64,000 nucleotides of DNA. Source: Balanoglossus misakiensis. Its lineage: Eukaryota; Animalia; Hemichordata. Made by a program: the position numbers and the translations under genes. The DNA is taken from NCBI GenBank assembly GCA_040954595.2, contig CM082588.2, positions 9,098,844 through 9,162,843 of the forward strand. Direction: 5' to 3'. Under the pieces are notes generated by a model. The model saw only the letters and a program-made list of their open reading frames with translations, made no database searches and had not been told where the DNA came from. This document shows positions 55,701-64,000 of the stretch, piece by piece (position 1 is the stretch's first letter; every line of letters starts with the position of its first letter).

Positions 55701-58700
55701 AATTTCTTTTACATGCATGACAAAATATATTTTCAGAAAGCAAAATATTTTTTTCTTCGCGGCGGAAATGAAGCTATCCCACAATTCCCGTACATGAGAA
55801 CGTTACAGGAGTACATAAATCCAACAAACAGATGAGATGGCTATCTATCCACAGTGCAATGTTTACGGATTGTATCTACTACGGCCGGGGCAGACAAATC
55901 CGGACAATTTCGCCGACGTATCGTAGACCTTTGAATGACGCTGTCGATCAAATTGAATACAAGATCTAGGGGAGTCGGTCCGTGGGAGAAATCGGCCAGG
56001 TGCGAACTTGGCTCGTAGGATCGTTTAAATTAAAGTCCCTTAAATTATGTTTCGTGTATGCTTCACATTTTACGTGTACAGTAAACCACAGTGCTGCTCT
56101 GTCCCTGTCCCTAGGCAGTTTGTGGAATGACCGTGGTACAGTCGCCGCCGTTTAATCAGGACACCATGGGCGCAGACAAAACATTCCCATTAACCGGCTG
56201 TTCCGTTTAGGGTAAAATGGTCGATCCCACCCACACATGTTCACCTTACACGCTATTGTTTACTTGGACATCGACGGCAAACAATTTCCATATGATGGTC
56301 GACTTTCGCGCTGATTATCGAACCCACCGCGGCCGACTGGCCACGCTGAGTTATAGATAGCCGCTCTAGAAAACATGACCTCAGACATGGTCCCTCGGGA
56401 CCGTGCCTCGAATTCAACGATCACGTAGATGGACGCGCTGCCGCTTATGAGGTCACCGGGGAGTTTTCCAAAGTGGTCGCGTGGAGCTGCTTCAGTCCGT
56501 CCTCGACGTGAAACACCCGAAATTGGAAGGGACAGCCGGTTAATCGAAACATAATTTAAAGAACTTTAATTTCAATGATTTTACGAGCCGAGTTCGCACC
56601 TGGCCGATTTCTCCCACGGACCGACTCCCCTACATCTTGTATTCGATTTGATCGACAGCGTCATTTAAAGGTCTACGATGGCGGCGAGATTGTCCGGATT
56701 TGTCTGCCCGGCCGTAGTAGATACAATCTGTAAACATTGCACTGTGGATAGATAGCCATCTCATCTGTTTGTTGGATTTATGTACTCCTGTAACGTTCTC
56801 ATGTACGGGAATTGTGGGATAGCTTCATTTCCGCTGCGAAGAAAAAAATATTTTGCTTTCTGAAAATATATTTTGTCATGCATGTAAAAGAAATTCGCAC
56901 GCCGAAACCTGAATAGCGCCCCCATGAAAAAGTTTGTCAGTAGCAATAGATAGAGCGCCCCCATAAGTTGTGTAACTAGAAATTAGATAAAAATATATTT
57001 ACATCTGTAAAATAAAATTTTCACCCGCGAAAAGTAATGTTACTTAAAAAAAAGTTTTACAAAATTAAATATTTCTTTCCGAAAATAAAATAATTCTATG
57101 TATTATCACATACATAGCTCCGCATATACCATAGTATGACGTCAGACGTAGGTAAATTTGCACCAAGCGTTATTGTAATACCCATCCCTCTGACGTCACC
57201 AAACGGAACTATTTTAAACTTGTAAACAAAGTCCTCTTAGGACGGCAAAATTCAGTGCAATTGTTGGTTTATTTCGATATAAAAACATAAGCAAAGATAT
57301 TAAAATGTTTCGTATGTGTAAATATGGACGATCGACGATTAGTTTTACCTGTGTACATTTTTATCGCACCAACCGGCACCAAAACTGTCGCGAGGTCAGC
57401 AGTGCTGAGCCAATGTCGTCGTGTTGTTGAACGAGCAACAGGTACAAATTTGAGTATTCGCAAAAAATTTTGATGCGACGATTAGAGCAAAACGGTCTAG
57501 TCATAAAGCAAAAGGCATAAGAAAGGTTTCCTGCTCCAGTGAAACCTTAACGGACGCTGAAATCCAGCTGACGCACGACAGACCTGTCATCGCCAAAACC
57601 AGAATCGTCCAGGTCGTGACCTGAGTCACCTGATAGATAGACCTCATAACATCGATCTTCAATTTTGCACAAAATAGTTCCAAATTTTATCACAACCACA
57701 AAGAGATTTATTTGAAAATCAAAATTAGCGGATCTATGTATGTGATAAACATATAATTCCCCCGTATTCCTCACTCGTGTACCTGCGTCGCGAACTCGTG
57801 ATTCCCCGTATAGCTGTATCCCTCCTCGCCTGCGGCTCGGAGGGATACGGCCGCTATACGGGGAATCACTCGTCCGCGACGCAGGCACACTCGTTCGAAA
57901 TACGGGGGAATTATATATAAGTATAGATAATATTTTATCCAAAGTGTTAGAAGTTTATTTTGGAAAACAATCTTAAAATTTTACTCTCGGAAAAAATAAA
58001 ATTGGCTTTCGGAAATTAAACTTTTGTTCTCTAAAATAAGAGTTGTGTAAAGTAAAATTAAAGTTTTACTGTCAAAATTAAAAAGTTTACTCCACTGAAA
58101 TTGAAATTGTGTGCGTCAAAATTATAGTTGCCTTCACCAAAACTTAAGTTTACTTTTGCGAGAAGATATTGTCTATAATTTTGAAAGTTTAACTTTCAAA
58201 ATAATATTTTAGGCCTGACATGAGGGGGCCACCGTAGGTTTGGTGTAATCCTGGCTGCCTTTTATTTTGTGCTAGGGGATCAAATCACATAATAATTGCC
58301 TTCTGGATAAAAAGTCGTAAGCGATAGAAGAAATGACTGTTAACTGTATTTTATGACTTCCTTAGGTCAAACATTTCTGTCATTGTAGTTAGCAAATTAA
58401 ACTCATTTAACTTTTTTCACATTTTGTTATTTTTTCTGTTAAAAAGTTCCATAATGACCCAGTATCAGATTAGCTTATAAACCTCCAGAAAGAATGGCAA
58501 AGGAAGATATATTTGTGATCCTCACAATTCTTACTGGGTTGAAATTCTTTGGGAAGGATTTTAAGTGAATTAAAGGGACAAAGTCTCTCTCTCGCTGCCC
58601 TTTTTCCATTAACTATGTTTGATACAAGACACTGTTTATGTTATTCTACATGTGGATATATAGTGAATGAACATTCAACCACGCACAACTTCCATCGTGT

Positions 58701-61700
58701 TGTAGGATATGAGAGTAAAAATCTTGCCAAAATGAATAAACGGTAGAGACCGATTTTTCATTTTGGCGAGTTTTTTCACTCTTATGTCTACAAGTGGGAT
58801 GGAAGTTGTGTGTGGTCAAACGTTGATTCAATATATATCCACATGTAGAATAACATAAACGCTGTATTGTATCATCATAATTCCTGGAAAAAGGGTAGCG
58901 AGAGAGAGACTTTGTCCATTTAAAACATTGTTCTCTTGTATCGTGAATCCTTGATTGCCTCTTCATTCAAACAACATCTTGATCAATTTGAATATGTTAC
59001 CTACCTGCCCAGTAATGTGCATGAAAACCTCTCATTGTAACTGCATCATCACTCTTAAAGTCAACTCTCATCATACTTTTGGAAGATATGATGACATTGG
59101 GTAACTCCATCCCAGAAAATAAAGCAAGTCTGAGGGCAGGATTCAGTTCAGCGCCATCGTATACAGACACTTGATCAGCCCCATCTTCTGTTGCAAAGGA
59201 GATAAACTGAAAAGATATAAAAAATAGCATCAAAGACACTGTGCTCCCATTTGATATGTACATTTTAATGTGACATACCGTACAATCATAGTGATCACAA
59301 TTTCCTACACAAAACCATTAAGGGGCAAAGTCTCTCTCTCGCTGCCCCTTTTCCATTATTATCGTTTGATTATCGTTTATGTTATTCTACATGTGGATAT
59401 ATAGTGAATCAACATTCCATCCCGCTTCATTTTGGGCGAGATTTTTACTCTCATATCCTTAAAATGGGATGGAAGGTGTGTGTGGTCGAATGTTGATTCA
59501 CTTTATATCCACATGTAGAATAACATAAACGGTGTCTTGTATCAAACATAATTAATGGGAAAAGGGCAGCGAGAGAGAGAGAGAGACTTTGTCCCTATAA
59601 GGGCACCTTTAGCATTGATGAGGTAATATAAGAATAAATCTGATGAAGAATATTTTCACATCCCAATAAACCAAAATCCAAAACAACTGGAAGAGCAGTT
59701 TCTGACATAAGTGGACTTTTGGACCAAAAATGTCTAAAACTACCCACCCCCCTCCTCCCCAGTATTGATATTTGACACATGTTTATGTACACCATAATAA
59801 AAATACTTGGTCCTTGTAAACCAAATTTTAAGAAATCAGAAAAGTGGCTACTGAGAATTGACCAGAAATGACAAAAATAAAATGTATTTTTAAAAATACA
59901 ATTACTAATTTTTGTCATGCAATAAAAAACTCACACAATTAATTGCATCTGACTACACTTATTCCATGAAATGAGTTGTGAAAGAGTAAAAATAATACTC
60001 TAAAACGGGAAGTTTTTTCACGATATCAAAAGTGGCAACTGTTATGCGACTATTAATATTTGCGTTCTCTTATTTCACTGCATCATTATCTCAGAAAAAA
60101 ATTGTTATGCAACTTTTTTTTTATTTTCGCGTTTTTGGCTCTTGCATAGTTTGTGAAAATTTATCGTTTGCGAAAATTTCCCGTTTTACAGTAGTTCATC
60201 TACATGTAGTCTCCCATTTACCTGTAAAGTGACAACAAATTCTGTTGTGAATGATGCCAGCTGCCAGTTACAATCTTCATTGTTGAGATAATTCTTGCCT
60301 TCAAAATATTCTGTACTGCTGAGATTCTGTTTATATGACTGTGCTATGAAATTCCCACCACACAAAGAATATACTGAAAGAAAGACGAAGTCATCTTAAC
60401 ACACACACTTCACAAACAGGACATCAGCTAGATCACAGTCAAGGTAGAGCTAATATTGCCTACACGTGCAATCTATAATGTTATACCAGGTTCACACAGG
60501 GTAAAATTTGAAACGTTTCAGAGACACTATTTGCCATTTTACAGTATGTACAAAACTTAGTATTACCTGCTTGCCAAGATGCTTCAAAGCCAGTAGCAGT
60601 ATGCGAACTGTCTGAGAGAAATTTCACCAACATTGCATTACCACTGCTGATAACTTCATCAGGCTGGTCTGGTCCACTATATGTTGCAAGAACTTTGGAT
60701 TGGTCAAACACAGACCCATCAACAATGACAACAGTATCATGATAAAGTTCAGTGTCAAAATGCAGAAACTGAAAAGAATAAAAAAAATGTCACAACACAC
60801 ATCATAAATAGTGAGCTGTCTCAAGCCAATATACATGTACATGAAAATAAACACAGTTTCATGACTTAAGCCCCATTAGCTGTAACTTTTTGCATTTTCA
60901 GTATTTCTATTCTGTGTATCAACCACAGTTTCTTGTTCAGCTCTCCAGGGCAGAGTTAAATCCAAAGTCTTAATCTTCTTAACAAAACCCATGAGTGCAC
61001 AATCGGCATTGTTGTTGTTTGAAAACATTCGTAAATAATAACAATGGTCAGTACATACACATGACTTGTTGACAAGCAGAGAGCTGCAGGGGTGTGATGG
61101 GTTACTCATGAGGAGAGGAACAAGAAAATGGGTTTCATACACAAAACAAAAATACAGTCGAACCTGTCTATAGTGGACAGTCAACTGGCCTTTATAGACA
61201 GGTGGCCTTTATATAGCAGTTAAATAACACACATCTGAATTGCACAGGGACTGTAACAAAGTGGCCACTATATAGAGGTGACCACCAACAGAGGTTGGAC
61301 TGTACTGATAAACCAGCCGGAAGTTATAGATAGTGGCCCTTCAACTCAAAAGTTTACCAAAAATCAAGTTTGTTATAAGGAAGAAAAAATCAAATAAATT
61401 CAAACCTAATACAGGTGTCTGGTTTATTTCATAGAGGTTCTTTTAAAATGTGTTTGTATGTCGAATGGACGGGAAAAGGTGTTCTGTATAGGCAGGTTTC
61501 CAGATTAGACAGAGTTCATGGTTTATATCAGTTTTACTGTACCTCAATTTTTATTCTGGATGTTGCAGGTCCCTGGATTGTCCAAATACATTCTTGTAGA
61601 ATGTAATAATTATCATCTGGGTATCCAGTGCTGTGAAAGGTCCCCGAGTCACCAGTTTCCAAACCACCACATGTTCCTGAATATCATCAAAATTAAAAGA

Positions 61701-63570
61701 AAGGGTATGTTTGTGTGAAGAATGGTCATAAAGCTTCAAGTTAAAGAAATTTCATTAAAGATAAAATTACTTCACCAACAGTGAGTATTAAAATGTATAA
61801 AACAAATTTTGTATAAGACAAATGTAATTTCGAAACGACATGTATCAAACCCGAAAATTCCAAGAATAGCATATTATGATTCTCTAAGCTCAAACTATCA
61901 GTGTGACAGACGCCAGATTCTTAAAATACTTGGCCCAGTTTTGTTTCTGATTTATATTTATGACATACTGTAAAACAGGAAATTTTTCACGAATTTCCTG
62001 TTTACCATACCAAATTCTTTGAGGATCAGACTTTCTGCTGACAGTTAAAACTAGTCTGTGGTTGCAAAGAAAATGATCATACAATTTATTGCGGTCTAGT
62101 AGTTTGAGGTTGGCACATATCAGTTGTCACGCATATTTACAAGATTCTTTTGTATAATGACTTCAGGCCAAAAGTACACTATACCACACAGTTAGGAAAC
62201 TTGGTCTCTTCACCTGGGCCCACTGTATGTATAATGATGTTGAGGTGAGTGTAGAGATGATATTGTTTCAGGACACTAGCCAAAACATACCTGCACATCC
62301 AATTTCATCAGAGAAATCACCATCACCACAGTCAACTGTACCATCACAAACCCAGTCAGGATTTATACAATTACCATTGGAGCATCGAAAGTCACCTGAA
62401 CAAAAATAATTTAAAAAATAATGATAACATTTACATTGATGGATATTTTTTTAACTTTTGTCATAATACTGATATCTCTTATTAATTTTCTGTATGTAGG
62501 AAAGGACATGAAAGTTTTTGTATCAAACCCATAAGCTTTTAAGTTTATGAACAATATCACACGATCAATATTGTATCTCTGCCAAAAGTAAAACTGCTTT
62601 AACAAAAAAGCATGAAAACCTGTTTCACATAAATAGTCTAAAAGTATAATTTAAAGATAACAATTCAATTAATGAGTGGAATTATCTAGCGACAAAATTA
62701 CTGGCCAGAATGAAGTAACTCTCCTCCGTTTTGAATTTCAAATATAACACCATTCTGCACCGCAGGAGACATGATCTCATCTGATCCCCTTTGTTTAACA
62801 TTTACTAGTTTTAGTGGTGAGCTCTTCCAAGTCTAGATGTTTAAAGTTTAATATCCTATCACATGTATATCTTGTATGGCTTAGGGGACTCTCTCACTCT
62901 CTCCCTCCCCCCTCCCTCTCAAGCGCTCTCTCCCTCCCCCTCTCCCTCCCTCCCACCTCGATCCCCCACCCCTCTCTCTATCCCCTCCCTCCCTCCCTCT
63001 CTCTCCCCTCCCTCCCTCCCTCTCTCTCCCATCCTCCCTCCCTCCCCTCTCTCTCCCCCTCCCTCTCTCTCCCTCCCTCTCCCTTTCTCTTACCCTCCCT
63101 CCCTCCCCCTTTCTCTCCCCTCCCTCCCTTTCTCCCACCCACCCTCCCCTCGATCTCCCCCTCCCCTCGATCTCCCACTCCCCTCGATCCCCCTCCCCTC
63201 TCACTCTTCCCCTCCCACCCTCTCCCTCCCTCCCTTTTGCTCTCTCTCTCTCTCTCTCTCTCTCTTAGTGTAGGGAAGTGACCACAGCAGTGTGAGAAAA
63301 GTAAAGACCTGATGCGAGTAAGGGCAGATTCTAGTTGATTTGAATCAGACTTACCCTCAGCACAACCTGCTACTTCACACATTGACGGACTGACATCATC
63401 ACATCTTGCATGATACCATGGGTAATTATTTTCAAAGAGGTTTAACCTCACACATTGCCCAGTGGAGGCATCAGGTTCTGTGTCTGCCCATCGACCATCA
63501 AAGACACTACCTTTTCTGCCATCTGAATAATCATATTCCACACTGCCATCTGGATTGGGTCCACTAAATC
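11133..63570 (-). CDS. uif: Uninflatable (Uif)-like giant type-I transmembrane protein; 65 exons in window, 5'-incomplete; carries an extra mucin/expansin-like cassette
   Basis: Hand-spliced GT-AG exons with matching phases sum to 13,736 nt (2 nt + 4,578 codons) ending at the stop at 11133. Domain order CTL-LDLa-CUBx3-CCP-EGF-CCP-HYR-GCC-EGF-LamG-HYR-GCC-EGF-TM matches Uif as I recall it, including the EGF insert [21 protein letters not shown]...YTFNQSCV and KSSNYDLFF before the LamG domain. Orthology not tested by search. Confidence 0.88.
12727..13081. mobile_element. TTAA-flanked MITE family 1 (Kolobok-like), representative copy
   Basis: TTAA|AGGGACAAAGTCTCTCTC...GAGAGACTTTGTCCCT|TTAA; also 58574-58919 and 59322-59596; partial copies near 15900 and 47800. 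Confidence 0.85.
13340..13958. mobile_element. Hairpin-terminated non-autonomous element
   Basis: GC-richer body followed by a hairpin at about 13817-13955 (TAATAACACATG...CATGTGTTATTA). Confidence 0.6.
13992..14173. mobile_element. TTAA-flanked MITE family 2 (Kolobok-like), representative copy
   Basis: TTAA|AGGTATACAGTCACC...GGTGACTGTATACCT|TTAA; also 27908-28093, 48889-49075 and a diverged copy at about 23612-23802. Confidence 0.85.
16360..21690 (-). CDS. Pentraxin/LamG domain (21525-21690, 20880-21080, 20184-20467), HYR (19244-19384, 18807-18902), Sushi-like (17635-17835), SEA-like with RRKR (16977-17229, 16360-16508)
   Basis: [38 protein letters not shown]; [15 protein letters not shown]. 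Confidence 0.88.
19693..19851. repeat. (GAT/GGT)n microsatellite, intronic
   Basis: Direct reading. Confidence 0.97.
22366..22574. mobile_element. TA-flanked ~200-bp MITE (Tc1/mariner-like), representative copy
   Basis: TA|CTGTAAAACGGG...CCCGTTTTACAG|TA; other copies at 18540-18718, 24940-25145, 39140-39344, 54409-54614; partial copies near 3600, 16580, 32350, 36100, 36850, 42700, 46750, 50050, 54170, 60100. Confidence 0.85.
22630..30088 (-). CDS. Three GCC2/GCC3 (ephrin-receptor-like) Cys repeats (29933-30088, 29485-29643, 28916-29077) and an EGF array (28674-28773, 27430-27815, 26980-27183, 24626-24759, 24129-24322, 23337-23461, 22630-22887)
   Basis: [13 protein letters not shown] motifs; Notch-type DxDEC.S.PC.NG.C.D....Y.C.C..G.G..C repeats; phases join consistently. 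Confidence 0.92.
25426..26794. mobile_element. Non-autonomous TIR element (CAGTG ends, 5-bp TSD), nested in a TTAA MITE
   Basis: TIR CAGTGTT(C/A)GCG(C/G)TAG; TSD TACAT on both sides; host MITE arms at about 25194 and 26931. Confidence 0.75.
29140..29447. mobile_element. GGCC-ended MITE
   Basis: GGCCAAAA...TTTTGGCC with subterminal IR; a related element lies at 50989-51297. Confidence 0.65.
30370..34206 (-). CDS. SEA-like domain (33971-34206, 33271-33532), HYR (32035-32271), Sushi-like (31558-31773), second SEA-like domain (30896-31116, 30370-30610)
   Basis: Two homologous VPDYC...C..YY...L units; PPTLDCP...[16 protein letters not shown] is a HYR signature. The SEA-like label is inference. 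Confidence 0.8.
34649..35865 (-). CDS. Thr-rich mucin-like exons (35257-35865, 34649-34750)
   Basis: Open T/S/E/P-rich frames, phase 1-1 borders, internal TTPE..LTTNKMD repeat. Confidence 0.8.
36411..37954 (-). CDS. Expansin-like module copy C (exons 37812-37954, 37304-37522, 36411-36747)
   Basis: Same motifs and exon sizes; intact splice sites; no stops. Confidence 0.8.
38323..38934 (-). CDS. Thr/Ser-rich mucin-like spacer exon (duplicated)
   Basis: 612-nt phase 1-1 exon, paralogue of 42002-42604. Confidence 0.85.
39036..39133. repeat. (CATA)n compound microsatellite
   Basis: Direct reading; a similar tract lies at about 33090-33150. Confidence 0.95.
39466..40775 (-). CDS. Expansin-like module copy B (exons 40633-40775, 40125-40343, 39466-39802)
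   Basis: Same motifs and same exon sizes (143/219/337 nt) as copies A and C. Confidence 0.8.
40810..41701. mobile_element. Double-hairpin element inserted only in expansin repeat copy B
   Basis: Ends TTAAGCAATAA...TTATTGCTTAA; hairpins at about 40813-40954 and 41557-41698; absent from the paralogous intron near 37980. Confidence 0.8.
42002..42604 (-). CDS. Thr/Ser-rich mucin-like spacer exon (duplicated)
   Basis: 603-nt phase 1-1 exon, near-identical to 38323-38934. Confidence 0.85.
42729..42995. repeat. 67-bp tandem repeat, about 4 copies
   Basis: Unit starts at 42729, 42796, 42863, 42930. Confidence 0.92.
43044..44378 (-). CDS. Expansin-like module copy A (exons 44236-44378, 43749-43967 = DPBB; 43044-43380 = CBM63-like)
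   Basis: [75 protein letters not shown]. Confidence 0.8.
45081..46140 (-). CDS. Thr-rich mucin-like stalk exons (45841-46140, 45081-45239)
   Basis: Open T/S/E-rich frames with short TTAKVHTDD repeats; the 46140 acceptor was chosen on its polypyrimidine tract and phase. Confidence 0.75.
46350..53669 (-). CDS. Exons for 4 Sushi (53484-53669, 52742-52921, 51897-52079, 51344-51526), 2 EGF-Ca (49751-49879, 49105-49290), 3 Sushi (47967-48185, 47504-47698, 46947-47129) and a truncated Sushi (46350-46529)
   Basis: CxxP..NG...Y/FxCxxGY.L.G....C...G.W....P.C patterns and DINEC EGF starts; all exons are phase 1-1. Confidence 0.9.
47234..47437 (+). mobile_element. Penelope-like palindromic fragment with 13-bp TSD
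   Basis: TSD AATCTATAGAATG (47221-47233, 47438-47450); ~60-bp inverted arms; hammerhead core inside. Confidence 0.7.
47345..47385 (+). ncRNA. Minimal type I hammerhead ribozyme motif
   Basis: GCAT-CTGAAGA-A-GGGGAC tacat GTTCCC-GAA-AGCT-C-ATGC: helix I, conserved core, helix II, palindromic helix III. Confidence 0.6.
50267..50912. mobile_element. Hairpin-terminated non-autonomous element
   Basis: Hairpin about 50267-50410, then a body bounded by ATTATACACC / GGTGTATAAT. Confidence 0.7.
52388..52691. mobile_element. MITE
   Basis: AAAGCCTCTAGAGCTGCCA...TGGCAGCTCTAGAGGCTTT; a fragment occurs near 31850. Confidence 0.7.
53938..61676 (-). CDS. Exons for three CUB domains (61543-61676, 60567-60768; 60222-60373, 59005-59206; 54782-54966, 53938-54121)
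   Basis: CGG...SPGY..YP....CxWxI first halves and FxSD......GFxA second halves; each CUB is split by a phase-0 intron. Confidence 0.9.
55020..58236. mobile_element. IS3EU-like non-autonomous foldback element in a CUB2-CUB3 intron
   Basis: Ends TAT...GTA, 6-bp TSD GGTTTG (55014-55019, 58237-58242), ~1-kb inverted arms with a near-perfect inner part (about 55612-56053 vs 56545-56980). Confidence 0.8.
57100..57920. mobile_element. Hairpin-terminated non-autonomous element nested in the right arm of the foldback
   Basis: IR TTATCACATACATAG at about 57103 vs 57735-57749, then a hairpin at 57752-57917. Confidence 0.7.
62291..63570 (-). CDS. Exons: C-type lectin C-terminal half (63355-63570) and LDL-receptor class A repeat (62291-62395)
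   Basis: WADTEPD..GQCVRL...WYHARCD...SMCE; [34 protein letters not shown]; phase-1 GT-AG borders. Confidence 0.9.
62889..63265. repeat. Polypyrimidine (C/T) low-complexity tract ending in (CT)n
   Basis: Direct reading. Confidence 0.95.
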
Positions 63571-64000
63571 CTACAAAATGGAAGTAAAGAAAGAAGATGC
63601 ATACAGCAGTGTTTCATCCAGGATGGGGGGGGGGGATATGTCCCCCTTTGCATGAATAGTTGCACTCTTGCAAGGAGGGGAATGAGTGACATCGCTGAGT
63701 CTGTAACGGGCACCATTTCCCCCTTGACAAATTTCTAGGGGGTGCCAACATGCTGACAGTGGGCGAATACCCTCATCCCTCCATCTGGATGAAAAACTGC
63801 ATACAGAGTCACCTGGCAAGATTTTGTGAGGTGATTGAGATGTAAAAAATAGGCTTTTCAATTACCATCTTGAGACAATTATCATTCAAGTGTTACTATG
63901 CAGTGCTCACTTGTAAACTGTCAAATTCCAAAACCAGTTATTTTTTACACTTGATACACCCACACATTATTTGGGAACACTGAGAAACACTGTTAAAAGA

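Noticed and set aside
62814-63281. Pro/Ser-rich and Gly/Arg/Glu-rich ORFs
   Set aside because: Low-complexity C/T tract inside an intron; only 63355-63570 is a real exon
11133-63570. Calling the gene Notch, fibropellin or SVEP1, or splitting it into several genes
   Set aside because: No LNR/ankyrin or vWA domains; CTL-LDLa-CUBx3 N-terminus with a TM; one continuous spliced frame

Overview
AT-rich, intron-rich animal genomic DNA, probably a marine invertebrate (inferred from gene and repeat style only). Most of the window (11133-63570, minus strand) is one giant type-I membrane protein gene of the uninflatable (Uif)-like type. I traced 65 GT-AG exons by hand; they splice into one continuous frame of about 4,580 codons, and the 5' end lies beyond the window. 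Domain order: C-type lectin, LDLa, 3 CUB, Sushi, EGF, Sushi, [insert], SEA-like/HYR/Sushi, Cys-rich GCC2/GCC3 repeats, EGF array, pentraxin/LamG, HYR, Sushi, SEA-like with RRKR, GCC repeats, 2 EGF, TM, NPxY tail. The standout is the insert: three tandem, intron-containing copies of a complete two-domain expansin-like module (DPBB + CBM63-like), separated by Thr-rich mucin stalks. It follows a truncated Sushi domain, and no discoidin domains are visible. The rest is transposon-derived: two IS3EU-like foldback elements (one with inverted 53-bp minisatellite arrays and a transposase remnant), a Penelope-like fragment with a minimal hammerhead ribozyme, hairpin-terminated elements and many MITEs. 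All protein family calls are by eye; no searches were run.
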